A stretch of 63,739 nucleotides of DNA, the filler included, from Reticulomyxa filosa (Eukaryota > Protista > Foraminifera): the NCBI GenBank assembly GCA_000512085.1. It is 21 parts of 21 records of this genome, joined end to end, with 100 filler letters (N's around TTAATTAATTAA, not from the genome) between each part and the next. Parts side by side here need not be neighbours in the genome. Positions count along the whole stretch, not along the records: positions 11,576 to 23,615 come from ASPP01004436.1; positions 23,716 to 24,729 come from ASPP01004917.1; positions 24,830 to 25,988 come from ASPP01036162.1; 18 more parts are not named here. One strand, written 5' to 3'. Positions within the stretch are counted from its first letter, which is position 1, and the number at the start of each line of letters is the position of its first letter. The notes beneath the pieces are model-generated. The model was not told the origin of the DNA. It searched no databases and saw nothing but the letters and a program-made list of their open reading frames with translations. Made by a program: the position numbers and the translations under genes. Positions 12,559-26,088 of this stretch are shown one piece after another.

Positions 12559-15500
12559 AACTAATGTTGCCTATTTTGAAATAAGATTTAGCAGTGTCGT
12601 TTTTTTTAAAATTGTTTTAATAAAATCGTCTAAATGTATCGATGATCATATGTTGTAATGTTGTTCTTCTCTTGAATGTGTAAAAATAAAAACAATTCCA
12701 AGTCAATAAATTCTTTCGTGTAGTTGATATAAAAAAAAGGGGTTGGTCATATAAAAAAAAAAATGTTCAGCGGAAAATAGTCAAACTGTGACATTAATCT
12801 AGATTAGACGTGTGAACGGGTTTTTGGAGCCGACAAGGAGACGTTAACAGAAGTAACAATATCACAAAATAAATTTCTTGAACAAAAAAACACAGACCAA
12901 CAGAGAACTTGGAAATATGTTGTATATTTCAAAAAAAAATTTTTTGTTAACTTGTGCGAAAGAAGAGCGATGGAGTAAGAACAATCATACTATTGACATG
13001 TGATGATAAATTTAACTATTTTTTTGGAGTGTGTGGATGGAGTTGCAATTGATGAAACTAACTCACACTAAACAAAAAAATGAGAAATGTATTCTGAAAG
13101 CAGTGTTTGACGAAGCAAAACATTTGTTTAAATGAAGAGTTTAACAGTTGCAAAAGAAGTTGAAACTTTATCTTGGAAAACATTGAAAGTAGAAATTAAT
13201 ATTGTATTTAAAATAAAGTGGCATTAAGGCTTGATTCTAAGTGCTCAAGAGAGTAAAAAGTTTTTTACTTCTTACAACCTTTTTAATTAAAATTGCAACA
13301 TTTTGAAAGATAATGTCTGACATGCTTCTTTTCTTTACTGACTCATGGCGTTGTAATGTGTGATTGCTGTATGATCTTGTGGAAACAAAGCAGTGACAAG
13401 CATGTTTTGCTGGCATTCTTCGAATGTGCTGACGAAGACACTTGAACGATCAATAAAAACATGTTCGCAAGCAGTAAGAAGGCGTTGCGTTCGAGTGACG
13501 ACACATATTACACTGACGACTTGATTAACTCTAATGATATGTTCAAATACTTGTACCAGCTGATAAACTAGCGAATAATAATTTGGATTGACAATGATAA
13601 TAACGATATAAAAGTATTGTTTGACATAGGAGAAATTTCGTGGACAACACTTTCAAGCGAATCAAAGATTTTGAAAGAAAGCGATGATTTGTTATGTTTG
13701 ATGCAGTCAAAGATAATTAAGTGCATTTACTTCAACTATTTGAAAGGTGATGCGATTATCGAAACTATAAATTTAAATGCTAATGCAATCTAGTTGTATG
13801 ATTACGACATGGCTTGTTTGTTGTGTTTTATTATTATTTGAAATTTTTTTTTGAAAAAAAATTGTTGTGAATATTCCTTTAAAAAAATTTAATTACAATG
13901 GAAGAAGATACATTCAACAATTTGTTTATCATGTACACAATTTCATTTTTTATAAAAGGTATATGATATCAAATTTGATGAGGTGAAACTGGCGAAGAAA
14001 GCATTAGCACAAATGTAAAAACTAAACGCGACTGTTGGTCTATAGTGCCGTTGGTCCAACAAATAAACAATGCTGATCTCGACTAATGCTGAAGGTAATG
14101 TGCTTTTATATCAAAGTTTATAGTATAATATTTGAATTAGCTCCAAAATGAAAAGTAGTTACATTTATATACAATATAATGCAAATGAAAGTTGACCACA
14201 TTATATAGATAATTGATCTTCTTCACGAAAAACAACATATATACATAATTTTTTTTTATTTTAAAAAATATATACGAATAGTGTAGTTTTTTGTATATGC
14301 AAACAAGTCAAGTTAATTCAAAAGTTTAAAAACTGAAAATTTTTTTGTGAGTGAAAATTATCATTTGATTAAATTACTTTTGCCCTTATAATGCTTGTAT
14401 TCGATCTGCATTGATCATGTTAAGTTTGTACATGTTTATTTGTCAATTTTTTATATTTAATTCAAATTGTTTGCAAAGTTCTTTTTTTGATCTGAATGGT
14501 CCGTTTTTGTATATTTTTGTTTACGCTATCCACAACAGATTTCCAAGTAAGTTTATGCAGGTATAGTTTGAATGGAAATTCAATATTTTGATATCGTTTT
14601 GTTCAAACTATTCATTTAATGTAATTACTGTGTGGCTAGTGGCATTATCTTGCTGAAATATATAATTTTCATTATCTTCTAACACAAATCAATGCTTTTA
14701 TGCATTTAATCAAATAGAATTTCTTTGTATATATGCATTGACACTCAATCAATTTTTCAGCATACACAGGTCATAACATTCCAAAACAAGACAAAAAATT
14801 ATATTTCAGCAATTAAATTTTGATGTTTTTATGATTGCATTTTCGGTAAGTTGTGCTAATGATATCTTATAAGTATGATGACTTCTATAAATACCTTTTA
14901 AATTAATTTACTTTCATCAGAAAAAAATACTTTTTTCAAATCATTGAATGTCAATTCATTGAACCTTTTTGTAGTCATTAAGTCATTTTTAAAAAAATAA
15001 AAAGATTAAAAATATTAAATATTGAACTGTACTGAACTAAAAAAAAAGAAAGAAAAAAGGATAAAATATTGAAATAATTATAATAAAAAACCAAAATGAT
15101 ATTTAAAAATTACGCGATTCGTATGATTTAAAAAGTAAGTCATGACGTTGTTTTTTCATGAAGAAAATCAATTATCTCAATAATGTGCCGTTTTAGATGT
15201 CAACTTTACTTTGCATTATACTGTGTTTTGATTTAATTAGTGAAGTTTACTTATGTCTTATTAGCTGTGTCTACTTCAATGAATAAACAAATACTTTTGC
15301 ATTGTATAACTCTTTACTAGTTGTACATTAATGACAGTGGTTTTTTGTCATTTTATTCTAAGCAGAAAATGAATTGGTATTATCATTGCAACAGCGATGA
15401 TTTGCAATTGTTGACACATAGTAGCCACAATCAAGACTTTTAAATTATTATCCTTTTAATTTTTTCTTTTTTTAATTGAAAATCCTTTTTGATTGATAGG

Positions 15501-15654
15501 AAAAAAATTCAAACAACTCGGTCAAAAGAGAGCTAAAAGAACGTCTACTTTTATAATGAAAAACAAATTTTAGCACAAAGATCATTTGTAAGCTTTATTT
15601 AATTTTTCAAAAAGCTATTTGTCTTTAAGTTTTCCGTTCATTGTATTTGTATGT

Positions 15655-15792
15655 GATTTGTTGGATCAGTCAGATTCAAGTATTCACTTGGCATACAAAG
15701 TGAGCGAATGCTGTTGAATATTCACCATTTGTAGTTAGTAATAGCAAAATTGGTGGTAGTTCGAACGTGATATGTTCTGGATCAAGTGACAC
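15655..15792 (+). pseudogene. WD40-gene relic, inverted relative to the neighbouring WD40 gene
   Basis: Translates as QIQVFTWHTK*ANAVEYSPFVVSNSKIGGSSNVICSGSSD, matching QIQVFNGHTDNVNAVEYSPFVVNNSKVSCSSNVICSGSLD at ~16140-16260 (minus strand). Confidence 0.85.
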
Positions 15793-15931
15793 ATCAAATT
15801 AACAAATATATCAACAACTTTTTATCATAGTAACTAAAGCAAATATATTCAACTCCATTTAAAACAAATGAATTTAGTCCTTTCACTGGCAAGAATTGCA
15901 ACAAATCTAAACAAAGACTTTATCACTACAT

Positions 15932-17340
15932 TCATCCCCAAGCGCGAATGGGGCCGTTGTGCGAGCCGTAAAATAAATTAATAATACAATCTCCATTTGT
16001 TTTTTTATTGTTATGTCCTTTGTTTCTCAATGATAAAAATTTAAGACAAAATATTCCATCATCTTCATTTCCATTTCCTTTGATAATGTGCAATTCTTTC
16101 TTATTTGATCGAATATCCCAAAAACGAATTGTGTTATCCAATGATCCGGAACATATCACATTTGAACTACAACTAACTTTGCTATTGTTAACTACAAATG
16201 GCGAATATTCAACAGCATTCACATTATCTGTATGTCCATTGAACACTTGAATTTGTTGAGTAGAACGAATATCCCATAAACGAACACTACAATCACGTGA
16301 TCCAGATAATATTGTATTTGCACAGCCAATATTTCCTATTTCATTTGATCCATATTTTACACTCCTAATCCAACTTTTATGTCCTTTGAATATAATTAAT
16401 TGTTTAGTTGTTTCAATATCCCATATACGAATGGTGTCATCAAACGATCCAGAGCAGATTGTATAACCACTACCACCAATCACACCAATAATATTACTGT
16501 TATTGTTATTACTTTGCAGTGGTGCAATATCTACACACCAAACACCAGCTTCATGCCCCTTGAAAACATACAATGATTTGGATATTTCAACATCCCATAG
16601 ACGAATAGTATTGTCACATGATCCAGAGCACAAATATCTACCACCATTAAATGTTGAGAATTCAATACCACAGACAATATTCGTGTGTTCATTGAAAATT
16701 TGAAATTGTTTATCATCTTTGAAATCCCAAAAACGAATGTTGTCGTCATTTGATGAAGAACAAATGACATTACGGCTGTAATTATAAAAATGATATTGTG
16801 AAAATTTTACGCAATTTACACAATCTAAATGTCCATTAAATAATTGAACTTGTTTGTTGGCGTGTACGTCCAATACACAAACAGTTTTATCTTCTGATCC
16901 AGAACAAATAAATTGATTACCATCGAATATTGAGTAATCAATACTATTCACACAACATGTGTGTCCAGTGAACGTTTTGAGTAATTTAGATGATGAACGA
17001 AATGTATCAAGCATGAATAAAATCGTCGTCTGTGTTAAATTGTGATTATAAATGATACCATAAATAAATATTTGCCATTAAACAAAATAGAAAACAAAAA
17101 AATCATAACATAATTGACAACAATTTTGTCAAAATCATTGATCCAGCCTAATTTGATGTTTAATATTCGAGTCCAATGCCGAATGATTATCTGAATCTCT
17201 TCTTTTCCTGACTGATTTAGTTACAAATCACAAATGCAATAATGCAAAAACCTGAAGACAGCTTGCTTTCAGAAAGACTGAAGTAAAACTTACCAATGCC
17301 AGTTGCATTGAATTTTTTTTTCATTGCTAAAAGTGGTCAT
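15932..17340 (-). CDS. WD40-repeat protein with N-terminal HWxR module; exons ~17294-17340, 17110-17211, 15932-17029
   Basis: About 7 GH...WD repeats in a 360-aa open frame; upstream exon SGKEEIQIIIRHWTRILNIKLGWINDFDKIVVNY with canonical splice sites. Confidence 0.92.
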
Positions 17341-17658
17341 TCGTTTAACTTGTTCTGAAACGTCTTGCTAACGTTAGATGAAAAAAGTTGAACTTTTTTA
17401 TAAAGGGGTTATTTAAAAATTTCAAAAAATATTTTTTCATTCATTCAAAAAAAGTAAAATTTTCTTGTTTACTGACTTTACTTTTTTAATTGTGGAGATT
17501 TAAAAGTTGATATTCTACCATCCAAAACCATTTCCGTTGATCTAAGAAACACATCAACATGTATGCCAAATTGGATATTTCGTATAAAAATGCATTTGAT
17601 CAAGTTTATAGACATAAAGCTTGTGATCAAACAAATCAATCATTAACTGTTTTTTTAT

Positions 17659-19851
17659 TTACAATGGTATCCACAATTGAATTGTTTCATTAGAGCATGA
17701 TATAATTTTATTCCCATCTGGGGAAATATCCGTACATGTTATATTTTTAGGCGAATGTAGTTTTTGCATTTCTACTCCTAATTGAACATCCCACAATTGT
17801 ATTGCACAATATTCTAAGCCTAATACAGTCTGTTTATCTGGAAAATATTTCACATCGTACAGTTCATCAGAGCGAAATTCTTTTACTTTTGTTTTTGATG
17901 CTACATCCCATATTTCAACTGACCACTTGATGGATTAGATATAATAGAAAAATTATGATAGTTTATATTTGTTTCTTCACCTGATTTGATATCAATAATC
18001 AAAATTGTGCTATCTTGTCTCAATATAATAATTTGTTGACCATTTGGTGAAAATGTTATACTTTGTACATCAGTCAAATTGTTTAATATTTGAATCTCTT
18101 GTCCAGATTGTATGTCCCATACTCTTATTGTGTTATCATTTGATGCAGACACTATAATCATACCATCTGAAGAAAATTGTACAGTCCGTACATTATCTGT
18201 ATGTCCTTCCAATTTTTTGACTTCAATACCAGATTTTACATCCCACAAACGAATAGTTTTGTCATTTGAACAGGATATAATCATAGTTCCATCTGGTGAA
18301 AATTGTGCTTCACAAACACGTTCAAAATGCCCTTTTAATTCTTTAGTGTTAACTTCATTTGCTGAGCTAACATCCCATATTTGAATTATATTCTCTTCTG
18401 ATGTTCTAACAAATGTACGACCATCTGGTGAAAATTTTACAGTTTTCAGATATTTTCCTTCATAATTAATTACTCTTAAAAGCCTAAAATATTTCAACTA
18501 TTATATATTATGATAATTATAATATTGTTTATTATTTATAGTAAAAATATACATAAGAAATAATCATACCAAAATATATTTTGAAATAATAGTACTGAAA
18601 TCATTAATCCATCCAATCTTTACAGATAATATTCGATTCCAATGTTCAAGTATAGTCTTTATTTCTTTTTTTTTCTATTCATAAAAAGTATATTTATATT
18701 ATGTAAAAAAATATAAAAATAAGATGATAACTCTATTTAACATTTTGATTTGAAAATTTGAATTTGCTTCTTTCATTTGTTCAATTGTTATCTTTTCTTC
18801 TTCTTCTGCTATTTTTTGTCTTTCTTTTTCTTTATTTATTTCTACTATCTCTTTTATATTCGTTTTTATATGTATTGAGCAATGAAAATCATTATAATAA
18901 CCATCTAAAATATGTACAAAATTATCATTTAATGTTGCAACACAACAGCTTAATGGAATAGGTAACGTTTGTTCAATTGTTAAACATCTTTCTTCTGATA
19001 TAATGTATTTATATATTTTATTTGAAATATCTTTATTTGAAATACAAGTGGAATAAAAAGTATTATTATTTGAAACACCATTCCATCCACCAAAAAAAAA
19101 AAATCATTAATATGAACATAAGCATAATAATTAATTGATGTAAGTTTTGAAAGAATATATATTTTGCGAAATTCAAATTTATTAATATTTTCATTATAGA
19201 TAATTGATAATATTGTTTCATAACAAAATAATAACATTTCATTATTTTCATTGTTTTTTATAAAACAATGATGATGAATATTATAATCTGTTGGTAAAAT
19301 ACTATGATTAATATATCGATATGTATTTAAATTAAATACATCAATATTATTTGGATAATATGTTATAAATAATAAATTGTTTTTTTTTCCACCTATTACT
19401 GCACGCATTCCATCATAATTATCTTTTTTTCTTCCAATATATACTTTGTTATTATTATTGTCAATTAATGGTAACCATTTATTTGTAAATCTTGTTTTTT
19501 TTATTTTAATAATATCTTCGCTTTTATTTGTATGTTCATCTTCATCCCAAACACTTATATAATCCATAATTAACGTATGTTTTTTATAACCACCAAAAGA
19601 TAATAATGTAAACCATTTTTATTCTTTGACCATTTTAATACACAATGTCCTTGTAATTCAACATTATTTGGATAATAATGTATAGTTTTGTATTCATTTT
19701 TGAGTATGTGATAGGAATAACAATTCCTTTCTTCGAAACCTCCACAAATTAATATTTCTGAATTATATCTTAAGCATTGACCTTGAAAAATTGGATGTGG
19801 CAAAGAGCCCAGAGTTTCAAAAGAAAGAATTGATGTAGCTTGAGTTGCCAC
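17659..19851 (-). pseudogene. Kelch-like propeller + charged helix + HWxR module + WD40 propeller fusion, frameshifted
   Basis: Kelch-like ILICGG..CYSY, LLSFGG, VIGG, FFGGW blades; EKERQKIAEEEE helix; exon 18570-18674; WD40 repeats LKGHFERV..FSPDG..IRLWD. Frameshifts near 19610, 19095 and 17920; no in-frame ATG seen at the 5' end. Confidence 0.8.
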
Positions 19852-20476
19852 TTTAGCTTGCTTTACTTGTCCTTAGATATTTTGAAATGTAAATTGAATA
19901 TCAAAATATTGATTTAATTTATACCTTTTTTCCTTTACAAAAAAACTTGATGACTCGTACAAAATGATAAATTCAAACTGGAAAAGGTTTTTTAAAATTT
20001 TTTTTTACTTCTCTTGGAAAGTTTATGCTTAACGTTATAATTGGACATTTTTCAATAACAATGACCTACTATTCTTGTAAAAACAAAGTTCATATGTTAG
20101 AGATTTTTGAGTGAAAGAAGCAAAAGTAAACGAGATTTTGAAATATTTTTTGCAATTTGTTTATAAATGTTTTTAATGTGATTTTATACAATTCAACACA
20201 AAATCACTTTTGTAACATATATTGTTGATTTGTCGTTTCACAATCAATTTTTTCTTATAATCTGAATAATTTCATTAAATGATTTTATAAAAAAATCTGA
20301 CAACTAAAATGAAATGAAAATTGGACAGCACATTTGCCGTTTGATATGTTTCACATTGGCTAACACATTTATTCTATCACTTGATTTGTTCTTTTTCAAA
20401 GTAAAAACAATATTGAATAAAATAAGGATTAAAGAAAATTGCACTTGAGATAAATATTCTCCTTCTATGTGTGTTA

Positions 20477-21894
20477 TTAAAGAATTATTGGCATCAAATC
20501 CAAATAAGATCCTTCCTCACCCCAAAACCGAATATGACCCTTGTATGAACCATAGCTCAAATAAATATCACAACCACGATCATAGTTGCTTTCTCTTTTC
20601 TTTCTCAATTTTAAAAATTTAAGACAATGTATTTCACCGTCTCCATCTCCTTCAAGTACATGTAATTCCTTCTTATTTGATCGAATATCCCAAAAACGGA
20701 TTGTCATATCACTTGATCCAGAACATATCACATTTGAATTACTACCAATTTCATTATTTTTTAACACAAATGGTGAATACTCAACAGCATTCACATAATC
20801 TGTATGCCCATTGAATGTTTGAATCTGTTGATCGGATCGAATGTCCCACAAACGAACGCTGCTATCATTTGATCCAGATAATATTGTATTTGCAGCACCA
20901 TTATTTCCAATTGTATTTGATCCATATTTTACACTAGTCACATCATTGTCATGTCCTTTGAATACAGTCAATTGTTTAGTTGTTTCAATATCCCATATAC
21001 GAAATTGTTGTGTCTCTTGATCCAGAACAAATAGTATATCCATTACCACCGATCACACCAATAATATTACTTTTATTACTGTTGTTATTGCTTTGTAATG
21101 ATGAAAAATCCACACACAACACAACGTTTGCATGTCCATTGAAAGTATGCGCTGTGTTGTATGTTTTAACATCCCATAAACGAATAGTATAGTCACAAGA
21201 TCCAGAGCACAAATATTGACCTCCATTAAATGGTGAGAATTCAATTCCTGTAACTTCATTAGTATGTCCTTTGACTACTTGCAATTTTCGATTATTCTTG
21301 ACATTTCCAAATCTAATGTTATTGTCAGATGACGAAAAACAAACGACTTGATGACGATGATGATAGTAATGATATGATGAAAATTTTACACAAGATACAT
21401 AGCTTGAATGTCTATTGAATGATTGAATTTGTTTCTTGGCTTCTACATCCCATACACTAACTGTTTTATCAAACGATCCTGAGCAAAGTAATTGACAGTC
21501 ATCGAATGTTAAAAAATCAATACTACTCACACAAAAGGTATGACCATGAGATACTCGGACTAGTCCGGATGATGAACAAAACGTATCAAATATGAAAACG
21601 GTGGTTGCCTGTGTTAAATAATGATTATGAATAAATTTTTATAATAGAATACAAAAAACATAACATAATCGACAACAAGTTTATCAAAATCATGGATCCA
21701 TCCTAATTTAGTGTTTACTGTTCGAGTCCAATGTTGGATAACCATTTGTGTCTCTTCTTTTTCAGACTGATTTAATCACAAAACAATATAATTAATAAAA
21801 TAAATACAACAGTGAAAACGAAATAAAACCAAATTACCAACGACAGTCGCGTTGAAGTTTCTTTTTTATCTCTTTTTTTAAAAAATGAAAACAT
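20477..21894 (-). CDS. WD40-repeat protein with HWxR module, paralog of 15932-17340; one frameshift at ~21003
   Basis: Exons 21838-21894, 21665-21766, 20477-21608. ORFs 20985-21530 and 20477-21049 join at DTTI/RIWD if one T is removed. Confidence 0.87.
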
Positions 21895-23743
21895 TCTTTC
21901 AATTTCTTATTTTTCTCTGATGACGAAAAATGTTTCTAAGGGTTTTCAAAAATCCTTTGACCTAGAAAGGCGAACAATATTTTTTTTAACGAACTAAAAA
22001 TTGTTTAAGTTGTCGTTTTGAGTGTAGTATTTAAAAAAGTCCATTTGATTAACATCCCCCTTAAATAAATTATTAAACATCATTTGTGGTATAACTGCAT
22101 AACAAAAATAAAAAATTCAAAAGGAAGCTGCTTCACAAAAAACAAAACAAGTTTTTTTTATTTAAAAATTAAACTACTAAAATTCAGCGTTAATAAATGG
22201 ATAATCAAAATACAGCTGAAAGACAAACCAAGCAAAATCTTACTCCATCAATTTTTTTCAAGGTTTGAACGATTCCTCAACTCACTTGTACTTCGACCCC
22301 CTTTAAAATTTGAAGGATTTTGTTGATATCAAATGTTTGGAACATTCAAATTCAATTAATTACTTTGTCTGGACCAAAAAAACTTTTACGCACATCTTTT
22401 ATGATGAACCAAGGAAAATGAAAAAATGTGAATTTTTGATTTTTTTGTTGGTCACTTTTTCGACATTCAATAAAAACAGTCTTAAAAGCCTGAAACATGA
22501 AAAAATGACATCTTTGAAGATTATCAATTTTTTTTTTATTGAAAATTAGTCTTTTAAAAATGTGTCAATCATGTGCTAATTTCTGAACTTACCGATATTA
22601 ATTTAAAAATTTGAAATGTAACTGTTCATGAACAATTTTGCAATAATTTATTGGTTTTCAAATTTATTGTGTAGGTCAAGCCATTATCACACATGGTTGA
22701 GCTCGTATTGAACTGATGAGCTACCTTTGGGTTAAACTTCATCAGTTAACTAATTCTTACTTCATTGTTTTTCTTACTTTCCTTTTTGTCATTATTCTCT
22801 TTAATTTACTTTCCTTTTACTGAAATTGTTCTTTTGGAACTAAATTCCTTTCGTATTACATTTAGTGCAGTTCTCCACAGTAGACTCCCCACAATGGTGT
22901 TGTTGCATTTTAATTATTTTATCAGAAAAGCAATACTTGAGAAAATTGTTTCTGGTATCACGTGTAAACATAATTTATATTTGCATTGAAAAGAAGAAAC
23001 AGAAAATTATTTTTTGTCAAAGTTATCCATAGATTACATGCAATGATTGCAGGAGCATTAAGCAAAATTAAATGTAATACGAAAGTGGCTTTATTCCGGA
23101 AACTAATTTTTAGTAAAATGAAAAAAATTAAATAATAGAAAAATTAAAAAACAGAAACGCAAGACTTTTGGTTGAAATGAAGCGAAAAGGTTCTGGGGAC
23201 AATGCCCAAGTCCGTTCCACTTCAGTAACAATTGGCAGTAGATTACCCTACAGCCTTGTATATGTCAATAATTTACTTTGTACAGACTTTTTCAAACGAA
23301 TTGCGATATGTAGTTATTGCAACAACAGTAAAAACAAACTATGAAAAAAAACTAAATAAACATGCTTTGAAGTCTTTCAGAAGTATTGTTCATCGCAAAA
23401 AAATATTGTTTGATTGTCACCTTTTTCATGTATTTGTTCCATTATCTTTGATCCCGACGATATGATGTCCAGTTCTGACAGTACAGTATGTTGCAAAGAA
23501 AACTGAACGCCTAAAAACGATATCTTATGATAATAATTGATTTTCTCAATGAAAAAATCAACATTTAGACCTAATTTTTTTTTAAAAATATCTACAAATC
23601 TTGCAGTTTTTAAATNNNNNNNNNNNNNNNNNNNNNNNNNNNNNNNNNNNNNNNNNNNNTTAATTAATTAANNNNNNNNNNNNNNNNNNNNNNNNNNNNN
23701 NNNNNNNNNNNNNNNAAAAAAAAAAAAAAAAACAAAATTGGAA

Positions 23744-24510
23744 CTGTTTCGTGATTAATTAATTTTTTGAAATTGTCCAATAATCGACACGCCTCAACAG
23801 ACCACGGTGACTCAGGCGGATTAAATTTTATAGCGTTTTCAAACACTGCTCGAACGTCTTTCTTCAACTGACTTGGCTTTTCATATTTATTCGATGCAAC
23901 GCGATTCTTCACATATCAACCCCATTGCCCGTTTGTTGTCAACACATACATCAAGCCAAAAACAATCAGAAAAAAAGTGTGTACCACTTTAAGCCCCCCC
24001 CCTCTTTTTCTCTCGTGCGCACACGCCTTGCAATAGTTTTTTTTTTTGAACATGTGATCCACTTATATGTATATACATATATGCATATATAGTAATGCGA
24101 ATCATTAATATTTTTATTGTCCAAAAGGTGTAAAACATAGGAAATGTACGGTTTGGAATTTTTATCGATTACATATACATATACATATATATATATTGTA
24201 TTTATCATTTTGGTAACAATACAAATATTGCCACAAAAAAATTAACTCTAATTGTCGACAAATCGATTGGTTTGTTTGGGTGTATTGTTTTACAATAAGA
24301 ATGGTATTCGGCTTCGCTATTAAAGTATTCTCTGCTTATTGGCTCTGAGTACCATGCTGACTTGTCGTCCATAATCAAGGTGTTTATTGTATTCAACAGT
24401 CTTCTCCACTCTGATCCCTCTTTTCCGTCCATTCGAATCATCTCAACTAACTTTGGTCGGTTGTCTAGATATCGTGGCTCTGACATTTTCTTCAAATTCA
24501 ATTGCGATAG
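23744..24510 (-). CDS. Bromodomain-containing protein, partial; intron 23907-24246
   Basis: AWYSEPI...YCKTIHPNKPIDLSTIR|NRVASNKYEKPSQLKKDVRAVFENAIKFN; the acetyl-lysine-binding Asn is retained. Confidence 0.9.
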
Positions 24511-24849
24511 GATTTGAGAAAATTGAGTTTGTTCAACTTTATTTTTTTTTTGTTTTATTTTGTTTTATTTTAATTTTGTTTTTGTTTGATCAAGTTCATT
24601 GGTTTTATCCCTTTTGTTAATCACGTTGGAACCTGCACTTTTTGACCCCCTTCCGTGGAAATGAAGGATTTTGTTGCAGGACAGAATTACACTTACTTGT
24701 GATTTCAACATACAAAAAGTCAACAAGACNNNNNNNNNNNNNNNNNNNNNNNNNNNNNNNNNNNNNNNNNNNNTTAATTAATTAANNNNNNNNNNNNNNN
24801 NNNNNNNNNNNNNNNNNNNNNNNNNNNNNAGCACTCAAGAACGCGAAAA

Positions 24850-25960
24850 CTGGAAGACGAGGAAGAAAAGAACTTGAACGCTGTTGGAAAATAATCGATA
24901 TTGCGATCGAGCAGCCACTACATCGGGGAGGATCATCCAATGTAAGAATGATTTAATTTAGTTGGGCCGAAATTCCAAGACACTGACAAGAAAGAATAGG
25001 AAGAGGAGGATGATAATGAACAAAAAGAAAGATAATATCAAGTCTGTATTGCGTTGGATTTGTTTAAAGAAGCAAAAAAAAAATCAATTGGCCGGCTTTA
25101 TTAACTTGGCTATTGCTTTGCTCTTTTAAATCTCGAAATGCGCAAAATCGTTACTCGCAACCATAGACTAACTTCCCATATCGCATCCCAGTGGAAATTG
25201 TTGAAAGAATATGGCAGTGGTAGCCCAAAGTATTGTAAAGAATTTGTTTATCATCAACGTGAACAGACACAAGTCCCTGACGCTGTGCTATGCCAACAAT
25301 TATTCGCAAAGGTTGTGTCGAAATGCAATATACTGGCGCTAACGAACAAAGGAAAATTTATCGTAATGGAAACGGCAATCTAATTTTATAAACTCACAAC
25401 AACAAGCAAAACTAGCTGTGTGTACGTGCGCACATGCGCAAATTTTGGATTTTAAATCATACACGTGCTAATAGGAGGAATGGTAAGCTCGAAGGCGACA
25501 TTGATTATTGATAATTTGTGAATAGATAGAAAGAGAGAGAGCTTATTGCATTGTTTGTGGACAAAGCTATCTTTAACAAACTGCCTCCAATATTGAGATT
25601 TGTTGAATATGGTTATAACTAGCTATTCACGCCTGCGAGTGGAGCCTTCGTGTTCCAGTCATGCAATACTTTCTCATAGAATGCCAGCCAAAGATAAATG
25701 TGTGGAAAATGTCAATAAATGGTAACAAGAACAATTAGAAATAAATTGGTTATCAGCATAAGTGCGCACAAGTCTATAGTGCTGTACCACGTCAACAATT
25801 ATCCGCAAAGATAGAGTCGAACTGAGGCTTACAAACTTCAAAGAATAAGAGAAGATCGACTGTTAAGAAAATTGCGCTACCTACTGTGTCGAAACTGGTA
25901 GTGTGCGTGCGCACATTGGCGATTTTGGTTTTTAATCTGAGTATGCTGCTGATGTGAGAA
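24850..25960 (+). repeat. One longer and one partial copy of the decayed repeat family seen at 5530-7440
   Basis: TCTCGAAAtGCGCAAAATCG..ACTCGC..TAGACTAACT, CACAAGTC...CAACAATTAT.CGCAAA, and GTGCGCACAT at 25426 and 25907. Confidence 0.8.
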
Positions 25961-26088
25961 ATTGTTGGTGCTGCTAGAGACGAAAGCANNNNNNNNNNNN
26001 NNNNNNNNNNNNNNNNNNNNNNNNNNNNNNNNTTAATTAATTAANNNNNNNNNNNNNNNNNNNNNNNNNNNNNNNNNNNNNNNNNNNN

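Noticed and set aside
20995-21010. Programmed frameshifting or phase variation at homopolymer frameshifts (also ~19095, 29303, 37885, 45580)
   Set aside because: Single-base homopolymer indels are the expected error of pyrosequencing-type assemblies and cannot be distinguished without reads.
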